Translations under genes and position numbers: made by a program | Shown here: piece by piece, positions 27,415-36,646 of the stretch | Layout of the letters: each line of letters begins with the position of its first letter | How positions within the stretch are numbered: position 1 is the stretch's first letter | Assembly (NCBI GenBank): GCA_001824825.1 | Contig: MHTK01000006.1 | Coordinates: forward strand, 252,138-316,137 | Direction: 5' to 3' | DNA length: 64,000 nucleotides | Source of the DNA: Candidatus Vogelbacteria bacterium RIFOXYD1_FULL_46_19 | Lineage (GTDB): Bacteria; Patescibacteriota; Minisyncoccia; Phycocordibacterales; XYD1-FULL-46-19 | Notes under the pieces: generated by a model | Seen by the model: only the letters and a program-made list of their open reading frames with translations | What the model was told of the DNA's origin: nothing | The model's database searches: none

Positions 27415-28360
27415 TACTTTTTTGCCTATATTCTTTTAAAGTCACCCCCTCTATTCCCTTCTCTACCACAAAAGAAAACAGATCTTCTAGTTTTTGGTAC
27501 GTTCTATCAACATCATCAGTAGTCTTAGCATACTTACTGCCACCAGGCATCAACTCGCTCGAATGGATCATAAATTGAATTACCGGCAATTTATTGTGAA
27601 TAGCTGATTTAACAATAGACTCCAAATCCCTTTTTGTAGTTTCAGGAAAAATGCGCAAGGGCCTGATCCTGAAGATTAATTTATTAAAAACCCTTTTTAT
27701 AAAACCTTCAAGCCATTGATTATATAATTTAAGAAATAAACCATTCTCTTTAATCAGAAGATTGGTAGAGACCACTGTTAAGGGAACCTCGAGTATACCC
27801 TCTCTGTCATAAGGATAGAGTGACTCTCTACTATAATCTGGTCCGCCTTCTTTATTCGGATCACCCCTGGTCGTACGCCAAGATATTTTAGGCGTCACAG
27901 AGCAGTCAATTAAATATCCTTGTCTAACAATTTCTTTAGCCACCCGATCATCAAAGCCCCAACGACCAGCCCGGAAACTTACCGGCTGTCCAAAATTTTT
28001 CGCGACAATCTGAGTTAAGGCAGCTACTTTATCCTTCAACTCACTATCAGATAATTCGTGGGGAAAGCGGTGGGCAATCCTTTCATAGTCTCTATCCAAA
28101 ATAAAAGGCGGAGTAGTCCAAGGGTGGAGATGTGCCCCAATTTCTGCCCCTTCATCTTGAAAGGACCGGAGCAGAGAAACCGATCGTGAGTCGGCGGCTA
28201 CTTCATAAGTAACAAGATAAGTTGGCGGCAAACCAAAACGCTGACAAAGTTCCTGGAAACGAGGTAAAAGATAAATATTATCCACTTTTTCACCAGAGGG
28301 ACGTGCCCACTGATTGTCTGCCTCGGTATCAACTGTAATAATAAATTTTGTTTTAAACAT
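27407..28360 (-). CDS. Polysaccharide deacetylase (WalW-like)
   Basis: ITVDTE, PTYLV, EIGAHLHPW, SFRAGRW, HSSEL.PG. Confidence 0.8.
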   Translation of the reverse strand: MFKTKFIITVDTEADNQWARPSGEKVDNIYLLPRFQELCQRFGLPPTYLVTYEVAADSRSVSLLRSFQDEGAEIGAHLHPWTTPPFILDRDYERIAHRFPHELSDSELKDKVAALTQIVAKNFGQPVSFRAGRWGFDDRVAKEIVRQGYLIDCSVTPKISWRTTRGDPNKEGGPDYSRESLYPYDREGILEVPLTVVSTNLLIKENGLFLKLYNQWLEGFIKRVFNKLIFRIRPLRIFPETTKRDLESIVKSAIHNKLPVIQFMIHSSELMPGGSKYAKTTDDVDRTYQKLEDLFSFVVEKGIEGVTLKEYRQKSSD

Positions 28361-29978
28361 GCTTAAATCCCTTCCAACGCATCCACCAACGAATCACAGA
28401 AGAGTAAACTTTATAGTAGTAATAAGTCTTTTGTCTTTCTCCTCCAAAAGCCTCCTTAAACTCAGCTAAAGTCCTCAGGTGACTATTGGCTGAATCGGGG
28501 GAAATACCTCCTAAATCAAACTTGGTATAACCAACAGACTTGGCATACCCAATGGCTGCCCACAGGAGAAGGCGATTAGCCTGGCCGACGATTTCGCGAG
28601 AGACATCATCTTTAGGATATGACACCAAAGCCCAAGCTCTCATTATGGTACCATTCCCTAAAAACAAACCACCAGCCACCAGCTTATTACCATAATAAGC
28701 TAAAAATATATCCCCCGCCTTAACTACCGGGCCCAGCCTTTCTTTTGGTAAATTATTAAAGCCACGAAACTGCCTATATAATTGCTTGAACTTTTTTGTA
28801 TCCCGACTACACCTAACTAAGATCTTATTCTTTTCTCCCCGCCGAATTTGCTTCTGGATAAACTTCTGGCGGAAATTACTGAAAATATCATTCAGATCAT
28901 CGGTTAAGTTGATAATGGTAGTAAGCCCGACTTTCTGATAGAAACCTGGCAGTTCGGTATCATTATAGGAAAAAAAGTTCACCATAGCTGCTCCACTAAC
29001 TTCTTCGGGGTCAGAAAACCAAAACCAATGTTTAACCAAAAACCATTTGTAGACCAAGCCCCACCGGTAATGAACGACATCTGATTTTTTCTTGGTCTTC
29101 ACAATAAGCAGATGACCTAAATCATTGACTAGTGGAACTTTTTCCCCTAACCGAGACAAAAAACCGCCCCAGTGCTTGCTCAAACCAAGTTTCATTTCAA
29201 GAGGCCAGGTAATATCTATTTTTTTTACTATCTTAAAATCAAAAAAAGACCTCATTTCCTCTTTTAGTTCCCACTCTCTGAAGTAAAGAAAGGTAATCCC
29301 TGAAGAGTGGACCCCAACTTTAGGTTTGTTTTGTATTTTACGCCTTAAATCAAAGTGGTAAGCCGATAAGATAAATACCCCCGCGGGGGCTAAAGCCAGC
29401 TTTACTGATCGGAAAAAATCCGATCTCATTTGGCGAGTCGGTATATGTTCCACCACCTGAATGGATACCGCCACGTCAAAAGTACAAGATTTGGTTTTAA
29501 GTGAAGTAACTTCGGATTGCACTAAAGCTATATTGTCTCTATCACTGATTTTTTGGGCCAAAATCACAAGAGACTCATAAGAAAAATCTACTGCCACTAA
29601 AAGGTCCGCCTCAAGCAGATGAACCGTGACCCGACCTGTCCCCGAGCCATACTCGATGACCTTCTTATGGCGAACCGACCGAATAACCTCTAAGGTAGAC
29701 CGCAGTTCTTTGTCAAAACGAGAAGATAATTTATTATCGTAGGTTGACGCCTCTTGGTCTCGGGCTTTTATTTCTGACTGTAACTCAGGTTTAAGTTCAT
29801 CCAGAGCCGGCATCAGCCGTAGGATACCGTCGATAATTTGATACCGATGCTGAGGGTTTTTAGCACAAAGTACTTGTCCATTTTCTATCAACTGGCCTTC
29901 ATTATTTATCTCTAATAGTCCACTATCACAAGGACAACGGAGCACCCCTAAAGCCTGTCTAGGAAAACTTTTTATCAT
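28353..29978 (-). CDS. Trm112-like / methyltransferase / FemAB-like GNAT fusion protein
   Basis: LRCPCD..YQIIDGILRL; EYGSGTG; IRRGEK..LLW.AI.YAK..G..FDLGG..FKEAFGG. Confidence 0.7.
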   Translation of the reverse strand: MIKSFPRQALGVLRCPCDSGLLEINNEGQLIENGQVLCAKNPQHRYQIIDGILRLMPALDELKPELQSEIKARDQEASTYDNKLSSRFDKELRSTLEVIRSVRHKKVIEYGSGTGRVTVHLLEADLLVAVDFSYESLVILAQKISDRDNIALVQSEVTSLKTKSCTFDVAVSIQVVEHIPTRQMRSDFFRSVKLALAPAGVFILSAYHFDLRRKIQNKPKVGVHSSGITFLYFREWELKEEMRSFFDFKIVKKIDITWPLEMKLGLSKHWGGFLSRLGEKVPLVNDLGHLLIVKTKKKSDVVHYRWGLVYKWFLVKHWFWFSDPEEVSGAAMVNFFSYNDTELPGFYQKVGLTTIINLTDDLNDIFSNFRQKFIQKQIRRGEKNKILVRCSRDTKKFKQLYRQFRGFNNLPKERLGPVVKAGDIFLAYYGNKLVAGGLFLGNGTIMRAWALVSYPKDDVSREIVGQANRLLLWAAIGYAKSVGYTKFDLGGISPDSANSHLRTLAEFKEAFGGERQKTYYYYKVYSSVIRWWMRWKGFKHV

Positions 29979-31081
29979 AAGTTTATTATTTCCATAACTT
30001 TTTGATAAAACTTGATGGGACTATGCTCTTCTTTTGCTACGGCCAAACTTTTTTGTTTCATATTAAGAAGTCGTTCTTTATCTATCATGACCCCTTTTAG
30101 CTTATCCGCCAGATCAGCTGGTTCCAAGGGGTCAAAAATAAATCCATTAACTCCTTCTTTAACATAACATTTTGTACCGTTATCGTTTGAACTTAACACA
30201 ACTAAACCATAACTCATAGCTTCCACCAGCGAGTAGGCGGCGGCTTCCTTGAAGCTGGGGAGAACAAAAATATCGCTGTTCTTATAAAACCCTGCCATTT
30301 CAGACCACTCCACATTGCGAAATATTTCAACAACATCCCCCAAGCTGTGATCTTTAACATATGTGTTGATTTTACTTAAATAGTCATCCTCGTCATCCTG
30401 ACCTACCAACCACAACTTAAGTGAAAAATCGGACTTTAACTGTTTAACTACTTGAAGCAGTAATAATTGATTTTTTCTGGCTTGAAATTTACCAACACCC
30501 AAAATTACAATTTTTTCACTTGATCCCAAACCAAGTCTACCGCTGCTTTCGGTGGGCGCTACGAATGGCAGGTAAATTAAATTATGATTGTCATTAGGAA
30601 ACTTTTCTTCACCTAAAACCGGAGTAATAGCGTAAGAGCCAAATAGTCGCCACAACCACTTAACCGAACCACTTCGTCTTTGTCTCCGATGTTTAGGAAT
30701 TTGCGTCATGACTATCATTTTTTTCCCCAGCAAAAAACCAATACCAAGAGCCATAAGAGAATACACTGTCGTTATATCTTTAACGAGTAAGACATCTGGC
30801 TTAATTTTTATTATGCCTGTCACTAGCCGCCAAGGTGATGGAAACCCGTAGCGCAATTCATATTGACTTTTAATGATCCCCCTACCCTCTTTACGACGCC
30901 ACTTACTCCACCACCTAAAAACTGGCGCGTAATCCAAAGAAATCGGTTTGACCAGATCATGACTTTCGGATACCCCCTTATACAAAACCAAAAAATCCAC
31001 ACTATGACCGTGATCTAGCAAGGTCTTAACTGGATAATAGAAATTGGTGTGAAACCGCGGCGCAATAAAAATAAATTTCAT
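29975..31081 (-). CDS. Glycosyltransferase family 4
   Basis: VGKFQARKN; FVLPS.KE....LVEAMSYG. Confidence 0.85.
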   Translation of the reverse strand: MKFIFIAPRFHTNFYYPVKTLLDHGHSVDFLVLYKGVSESHDLVKPISLDYAPVFRWWSKWRRKEGRGIIKSQYELRYGFPSPWRLVTGIIKIKPDVLLVKDITTVYSLMALGIGFLLGKKMIVMTQIPKHRRQRRSGSVKWLWRLFGSYAITPVLGEEKFPNDNHNLIYLPFVAPTESSGRLGLGSSEKIVILGVGKFQARKNQLLLLQVVKQLKSDFSLKLWLVGQDDEDDYLSKINTYVKDHSLGDVVEIFRNVEWSEMAGFYKNSDIFVLPSFKEAAAYSLVEAMSYGLVVLSSNDNGTKCYVKEGVNGFIFDPLEPADLADKLKGVMIDKERLLNMKQKSLAVAKEEHSPIKFYQKVMEIINL

Positions 31082-31084
31082 GTT

Positions 31085-32764
31085 TTATAGTTCAATCAAA
31101 CGATAGTCATCATTTTGATACAAAGTCTTATTATGTAGATTCGACGATTGGAACAAATTTTCATACTTCCCACGCGGTATTAGCATATGAGTCATGCCAA
31201 GTGATCGAGCAAAAGTCTCAATACCAGAAAAACTTCCTGCTTGATCCACGTACTTTTTATAGAGCATTCTTTCATTATACCAATGCCGACTATTATCCAA
31301 CCCAGTAGTAACCCAAAGGTTTCCTTCTTTATTGGTAAGATTAGTATCATGCCGACTTAAAATTTTAAAACGAAAATCATTCTGCATATCGTTGAAAACA
31401 AAAACTTTAGTCTCAGCTGGTTCAAGTTCTTCACGGGCGAAGGTTGCGGCAGCTGCAGCATTAGAAAAAGTGCGCACGTCCTCTGGTGGAACAATTGGTG
31501 CCAGATTATAAGTAATTCGAACCGACTCTGGTATAATTGATCGAACTATGGTTCTTATCACTGGAGCAAAGAAACGAATCGGGGTGATAACAAGCAACAA
31601 AACAATCACAATCGCAATTACCTGACCATATCGATATTTTCGACTTACTATAGTAATTAAAGCGACCGACTGGGCTAGAAGCACCACCCCAACTATCCTC
31701 AGCGGACGGAGATGGTCAACAAAAAAAGGAATTTTTCCTTGAACTACGGCCCACCAGTTGGCAATTTCCACAACCAAAGAAAAAGAAATGGTTATTAAAG
31801 ACACCCCAGCTGTAATAGCTGTAAATTGATAAAACCAATGCAGTTGATCTTTATCTTTTCTTGATCGCCATAATAAATACAAAGAAGCCAAAAACAAAAT
31901 TAGAATAATAGTTTCGTCCCAAACCGACCGTTTAATATCAGCAATATCTACCGTTCTTAAAAAGCCACTGCCACGAAATTTGTACTGAATAATTTCTGAC
32001 TGAAATTTTTCTTCTACCGTCGAAAGCACCTTAGGCTCATCCAACATACCGGTATTGGGACTAAACAAGTGGTTCAAAACAAACGGCGACACAACCAGCG
32101 AATAAACTGCAATAAAAACTATAATTGGTTTAAGCATTTCTCGTCCACGTACTAGTAGAGCTGTCAGAATAAAACTACCGACAGTAATAACTCCAGACGG
32201 TGGATACAAGTAAACAGTAAGTCCGGCAACAGCCGCCAAAATAATATTCACTTTTGGACGATTTAATCCTTTTATTATCCACCAGTAGCTTAAAAGTATA
32301 TAGAAAGGCATAGCTAATATACTCCCTCTAACTACTCCTATATCAAGTAACCCAATCCGAGTTGGAAAAACAAATCTTGGAATAATCATCAAAGACGCTA
32401 AGATAGCCGCAAAAAACCAGCTACCGAACAAATCCCGCCCCACTAAACCAGTAATTAAAAAAGTTAAAGTAATAATAATAACGGCTAATATGTGGTAGCC
32501 AATAACCCCATTTTCAAGACTTGGGCTTAAATAATATAGAAGTGGAAAACCAATATATAGTTCTGACTGATTATAAGATGGTGGTACATCTTCCCAATAT
32601 TGAAACCGCTCCTGCATTTCCAAAAATTGATACCCCCAGACATCACTACTTAATTCACCAATCGTGGCCATCTTATTCTCATAAATATAAAAACTACATA
32701 AAAATAGAAGGACCGCGAAGAAAAAAACAGGATGATTAAGTTTAGAAGTTAAACGACTTATCAT
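31085..32764 (-). CDS. Polytopic membrane protein (possible GT-C-type transferase)
   Basis: About 11 TM segments plus C-terminal soluble domain ending LYQNDDYRLIEL; in glycan cluster. Confidence 0.6.
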   Translation of the reverse strand: MISRLTSKLNHPVFFFAVLLFLCSFYIYENKMATIGELSSDVWGYQFLEMQERFQYWEDVPPSYNQSELYIGFPLLYYLSPSLENGVIGYHILAVIIITLTFLITGLVGRDLFGSWFFAAILASLMIIPRFVFPTRIGLLDIGVVRGSILAMPFYILLSYWWIIKGLNRPKVNIILAAVAGLTVYLYPPSGVITVGSFILTALLVRGREMLKPIIVFIAVYSLVVSPFVLNHLFSPNTGMLDEPKVLSTVEEKFQSEIIQYKFRGSGFLRTVDIADIKRSVWDETIILILFLASLYLLWRSRKDKDQLHWFYQFTAITAGVSLITISFSLVVEIANWWAVVQGKIPFFVDHLRPLRIVGVVLLAQSVALITIVSRKYRYGQVIAIVIVLLLVITPIRFFAPVIRTIVRSIIPESVRITYNLAPIVPPEDVRTFSNAAAAATFAREELEPAETKVFVFNDMQNDFRFKILSRHDTNLTNKEGNLWVTTGLDNSRHWYNERMLYKKYVDQAGSFSGIETFARSLGMTHMLIPRGKYENLFQSSNLHNKTLYQNDDYRLIEL

Positions 32765-33636
32765 ATCTTTTCGGCAATAAAATAAAGACCGTGGGCATTA
32801 TCAACTGCTCGGACATGTCGGGCAATAAGATGATCCAATCTGGTTAGAGGACTGAGTAAGAACATGAAAAAAACCAGCCAGACTTGATATAAAGTTTTCG
32901 ATCCAAAAGACAGAAAAAGAGACAACCAAGCACCACCAATAGAGACAACGGCGACCGTTGGGCCCCAAGCTGGTCCAGATTCTACAATTTTAAATCCTTG
33001 CAAAAGTTCCGCCATACCATACTCAGTCCAACGATAATAGTCCCTAGGTGAAGCATGATATCCAAGCATAAAAGGCGTAACAATGTATAATTGTCCGCCC
33101 GGCTTTAAGACTCGTCTACACTCATTAATAGTTGATACTGGCGACGGTAAATGTTCAAATACTGACTCACAAATCAAACCATCTATTGAAGTGTCCGCAA
33201 AAGGCAGAGTTTTAATATCAGTCACAATAGAAACCCCAGGGAAAGGATCGTAGTCAATATTGATAATAGAAGAGTTAACAATTTTCGAGCCAGAACCAAG
33301 ATTAAGAACAACTTTATCAGATGTAAATTTTTTTATGAATTGTTCAGCTGTCAACCCAACAAAAGGTGCAGCCACCTTATACAAAAAAATAAAAAATTCG
33401 GGCTTACGTTTAACGATAGATTTTAATTTTAAAATTAAATTATCTCCCCGATGATAGTCTGTCTCACCATTTATTAATTTATTATCTTTCGATGGATCAC
33501 GAAAAAAGATTTTATCGCCCTGAACAGGATACAAACGATCACACAACTCGCAACAAAAACCAGCTGACTGACGCTTAAGCCTAGCCTGGCAATAAGGACA
33601 GTTAATTAAATCCTCCACTGCCTGAAGTCCTGCCAT
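32761..33636 (-). CDS. Trm112-like Zn-ribbon plus class I methyltransferase
   Basis: CPYC..C..C..YPV; VLNLGSG; LPF.D.S.D; RVLKPGG. Confidence 0.8.
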   Translation of the reverse strand: MAGLQAVEDLINCPYCQARLKRQSAGFCCELCDRLYPVQGDKIFFRDPSKDNKLINGETDYHRGDNLILKLKSIVKRKPEFFIFLYKVAAPFVGLTAEQFIKKFTSDKVVLNLGSGSKIVNSSIINIDYDPFPGVSIVTDIKTLPFADTSIDGLICESVFEHLPSPVSTINECRRVLKPGGQLYIVTPFMLGYHASPRDYYRWTEYGMAELLQGFKIVESGPAWGPTVAVVSIGGAWLSLFLSFGSKTLYQVWLVFFMFLLSPLTRLDHLIARHVRAVDNAHGLYFIAEKI

Positions 33637-33638
33637 AA

Positions 33639-34379
33639 TTAAGCTAACCAATTTTTAAAATCGTTCAGAAACATTTCTACCACTTCATTGGTTTTGTAAT
33701 GAGAAACCATCGGACTAAAAAATTTAGGCGGTATGGTGACAATATGAGCGCCACTTAAATAAGCATCCCGAATGCTAACAACATTTCGTATAGAGCCAAC
33801 TATTATTTCCGTCGTCAAATTTGACTTATCTAATAGATCACGAGTACGACGCACGGCTATCGCTGGATTAAAATCACTATCATCAATCGTTTTATCTGCA
33901 AACATTTTCTCTCTGTCACTGGCAAATTTTTCATCCTTACCAGCATCACCTATTCGTCCCCAGAAAAGACTCACATATCTAGCTCCAGCTCGAGCAGCCA
34001 TAATAGCTTGAGTAACTGTCATCACAGCTGTGCAATTTACATCTATGCCTTGGCGAGATAAATCATTAATCACCGCCAATTCATCCCAACCAACATGCAC
34101 TTTGACACAAAGACCAGGATAGCCAAATGACTCCTTAAATTTAACAGCCTGGGCAATCATTTCTTCCTGGTTTCTAGAAAAGACTTCAATACTAAGAGGT
34201 AGGTTGCCACTAGGATCATATTTTTTTATAAGATCAACTATCTTACCAACGTGATTTTCCAAACCACTTTTCGGTTCTTTGGCTAAGATTGAAGGATTTG
34301 TGGTTATACCACTGACAAACCCTCTTTTTAGAGCTTCTTCTATATCAGCTAAATTAGCAGTATCAACAAATATTTTCAT
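33639..34379 (-). CDS. Transaldolase / fructose-6-phosphate aldolase family
   Basis: IFVDTAN, GITTNPS, VNCT, AGARYVS.F.GR, GAHIVTIPP. Confidence 0.9.
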   Translation of the reverse strand: MKIFVDTANLADIEEALKRGFVSGITTNPSILAKEPKSGLENHVGKIVDLIKKYDPSGNLPLSIEVFSRNQEEMIAQAVKFKESFGYPGLCVKVHVGWDELAVINDLSRQGIDVNCTAVMTVTQAIMAARAGARYVSLFWGRIGDAGKDEKFASDREKMFADKTIDDSDFNPAIAVRRTRDLLDKSNLTTEIIVGSIRNVVSIRDAYLSGAHIVTIPPKFFSPMVSHYKTNEVVEMFLNDFKNWLA

Positions 34380-34385
34380 TTTTAA

Positions 34386-35015
34386 CTATTTATTACTCCC
34401 TTTTGTATAAAAATCAGCAATCATTTCCTTAAGACGGAAGGTGATCAGATGAAATAATACAACGTGGAAAGATTCCACAAGTGGTGTTGAATTTACTTCA
34501 GCTATAATTGAGATATCAGACAAATTTTTCATGGCCCCACCGTCAAAACCAGAAAAACCAATAGCGGTACCCCTATGATCCTTGGCATATTGCATTGCCT
34601 TGAGTAAATTTTGAGACCAGACGCCCCCAGCTTCCCCACCAGAACCACCGTGAACACTGAAACCGATTACAATTCCACCTTCCTGCCAATAAGCTTGGAG
34701 AGCAGCGGTATAAGCTTCCCCCCAACCCCAATCATTAGTGGAAGCCGACACTAATGGAATATTATCAACTAAAGCTAGGGCTTTTACCCCCCGTTGATCT
34801 GGATTATTAATAACAGTTTTAACCAAATCAGCCGCAAAGTGAGTAGCTGTACTAGCCGAACCTCCGTTACCAATGATAAAAACTGGAGCTCCAGCCAGCC
34901 AGGCTTTAAAGATAGCGTCGATTGCTTGTTCAATCTGTACCTCCTGCTCTTTGAGTTTCAAAGACAGCTCGGCTGATTCATGCAAGTAGCTCACTATAAA
35001 GGATAATGATGACAT
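34386..35015 (-). CDS. gmhA: SIS-domain phosphoheptose isomerase-like protein
   Basis: GNGGSASTATHFAADL, TND, GFDGG, VESFH. Confidence 0.75.
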   Translation of the reverse strand: MSSLSFIVSYLHESAELSLKLKEQEVQIEQAIDAIFKAWLAGAPVFIIGNGGSASTATHFAADLVKTVINNPDQRGVKALALVDNIPLVSASTNDWGWGEAYTAALQAYWQEGGIVIGFSVHGGSGGEAGGVWSQNLLKAMQYAKDHRGTAIGFSGFDGGAMKNLSDISIIAEVNSTPLVESFHVVLFHLITFRLKEMIADFYTKGSNK

Positions 35016-35070
35016 TAGGAGATTATAGTGCTTACTCTCTTAATTGGCAACTACTAAAACAACGGCCTCC

Positions 35071-36060
35071 CTAAATCATAATATGCTTCACTCTGGCCCC
35101 ATTCGGATCAAGATCAAAACTCATCTCCCTCATATTAAAGCGTTCCAGAGCTCGCCTGACCTTGTTTTTTACTTTTTGAGATGGGGAGTAAATCATCAAA
35201 TATCCCCCTCCACCAGCGCCCATGATTTTTCCACCTAAAGCGCCCTGTGATTTTGCTTCATCATAAATCTCATCAAAAATGCTCGACGTCATTTTGTTAG
35301 ACATAGAACGTTTGATCTGCCAATGTTCATCCATCAGTTCACCAAAATCATCTAAATTACCCTTCTTAAAACTGGTCCAAATCTCTTGACCAATTTCTTT
35401 AGTTCGATGTTTTAATTGTAAAACCTTGTCTTTATTTTGAGCTGTTAATATTTTCTTACTTGGTCTGGACACACCGGTATAGTAAAACAAAGTTTTCTCA
35501 AAAAAATCTTTAATGGTTGCCGATTTTATCCCTGCACGACGTAATTCAATAGAGCCATCACGGGCTATATCAAATACAACTACCCCACCAAGCGAGCACA
35601 CGTAAGGATCCTGAACACCATCCGGCAAACCCAGATTTTGGGTCATTTGAAATGATTCAGCGGCCACCTGAAGATTAGAAATACTCTGACCGTTATAAGC
35701 GGCTAGACCCTTAAGTAAAGCCACCGAACAAGCCCCCGAAGAACCTAGACCAGTTCCCGCCGGCGTATCCGCTTTAAAAGAAATAGCCACATTAGATTTT
35801 ATCCCTCTCATTTTTAAAGCTTCACGAGCCAATTCATGCTGTACTTGGCTCACAGTCGTAACTGCTTCAAAATTTTTATAATGAACGTGGATTAAATCAT
35901 CGGAACGAGTTTTTTTAATCAGTACGTCCATATACAAATTGATTGTCAAACCAAAAATAAATCCACCGTATTTTTCATAATATGAAGCTAAGTCAGTTGA
36001 ACCGCCACCCAAAGGAATACGAAAAGGTACCCTGCATAAAATTATTGGATATGATGACAT
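35071..36060 (-). CDS. hddA: GHMP kinase, D-glycero-alpha-D-manno-heptose 7-phosphate kinase-like
   Basis: PFRIPLGGGSTD, PAGTGLGSSG, G.QD, GGKIMGAGGGG. Confidence 0.8.
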   Translation of the reverse strand: MSSYPIILCRVPFRIPLGGGSTDLASYYEKYGGFIFGLTINLYMDVLIKKTRSDDLIHVHYKNFEAVTTVSQVQHELAREALKMRGIKSNVAISFKADTPAGTGLGSSGACSVALLKGLAAYNGQSISNLQVAAESFQMTQNLGLPDGVQDPYVCSLGGVVVFDIARDGSIELRRAGIKSATIKDFFEKTLFYYTGVSRPSKKILTAQNKDKVLQLKHRTKEIGQEIWTSFKKGNLDDFGELMDEHWQIKRSMSNKMTSSIFDEIYDEAKSQGALGGKIMGAGGGGYLMIYSPSQKVKNKVRRALERFNMREMSFDLDPNGARVKHIMI

Positions 36061-36063
36061 AGG

Positions 36064-36636
36064 TCAGATATTTAAACGATTCAGAATAATACTAAGCGCT
36101 TCTGATAAATTAGAAACTTCGTAATCAGCTTGGGGCTTGACGGCCCCACCCCAAGTAGTTGCGGCGGTTGAGATAAGAATGGTTGAACAACCCAACTGAC
36201 GTCCAAACTCCATATCTCCAGATCGATCCCCGATCATATAAGATTTGCTAAAATTAATATCAGGAAAGTCTTCTTTAGCGAGTCTGGTTGCCATACCCAA
36301 CTTTGGTTTTTTGCAATCACACTCTGCTTCCCCGTCGTCATGCGGGCAATAATAAAAATTATCGATAGGTAAACCTAAGTTGTATTTCAAGTGATTGTGA
36401 ATTTTTTCTGTATCATCCTTAGTCATTTCTCCTCTGGCAATATTGGGCTGATTGGTAACTACCAATAAAATATACCCGGCTTTTTTAAAACCAACCAGGG
36501 CTTCCTTTACCCCATTTAGAATAGAGACTTCCTTTATATTTCGACAAGTAACTAATCGACCCCCATCAAAAACAACATCTACTAAAATACCATCACGATC
36601 TAAAAATACAACTTGTTGTGTTTTAGTAGAAATCAT
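36064..36636 (-). CDS. gmhB: HAD-IIIA heptose bisphosphate phosphatase-like protein
   Basis: FLDRDG, VTNQ, CPH..CDCKKP, MIGD..D. Confidence 0.85.
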   Translation of the reverse strand: MISTKTQQVVFLDRDGILVDVVFDGGRLVTCRNIKEVSILNGVKEALVGFKKAGYILLVVTNQPNIARGEMTKDDTEKIHNHLKYNLGLPIDNFYYCPHDDGEAECDCKKPKLGMATRLAKEDFPDINFSKSYMIGDRSGDMEFGRQLGCSTILISTAATTWGGAVKPQADYEVSNLSEALSIILNRLNI

Positions 36637-36646
36637 TTGACTATAT

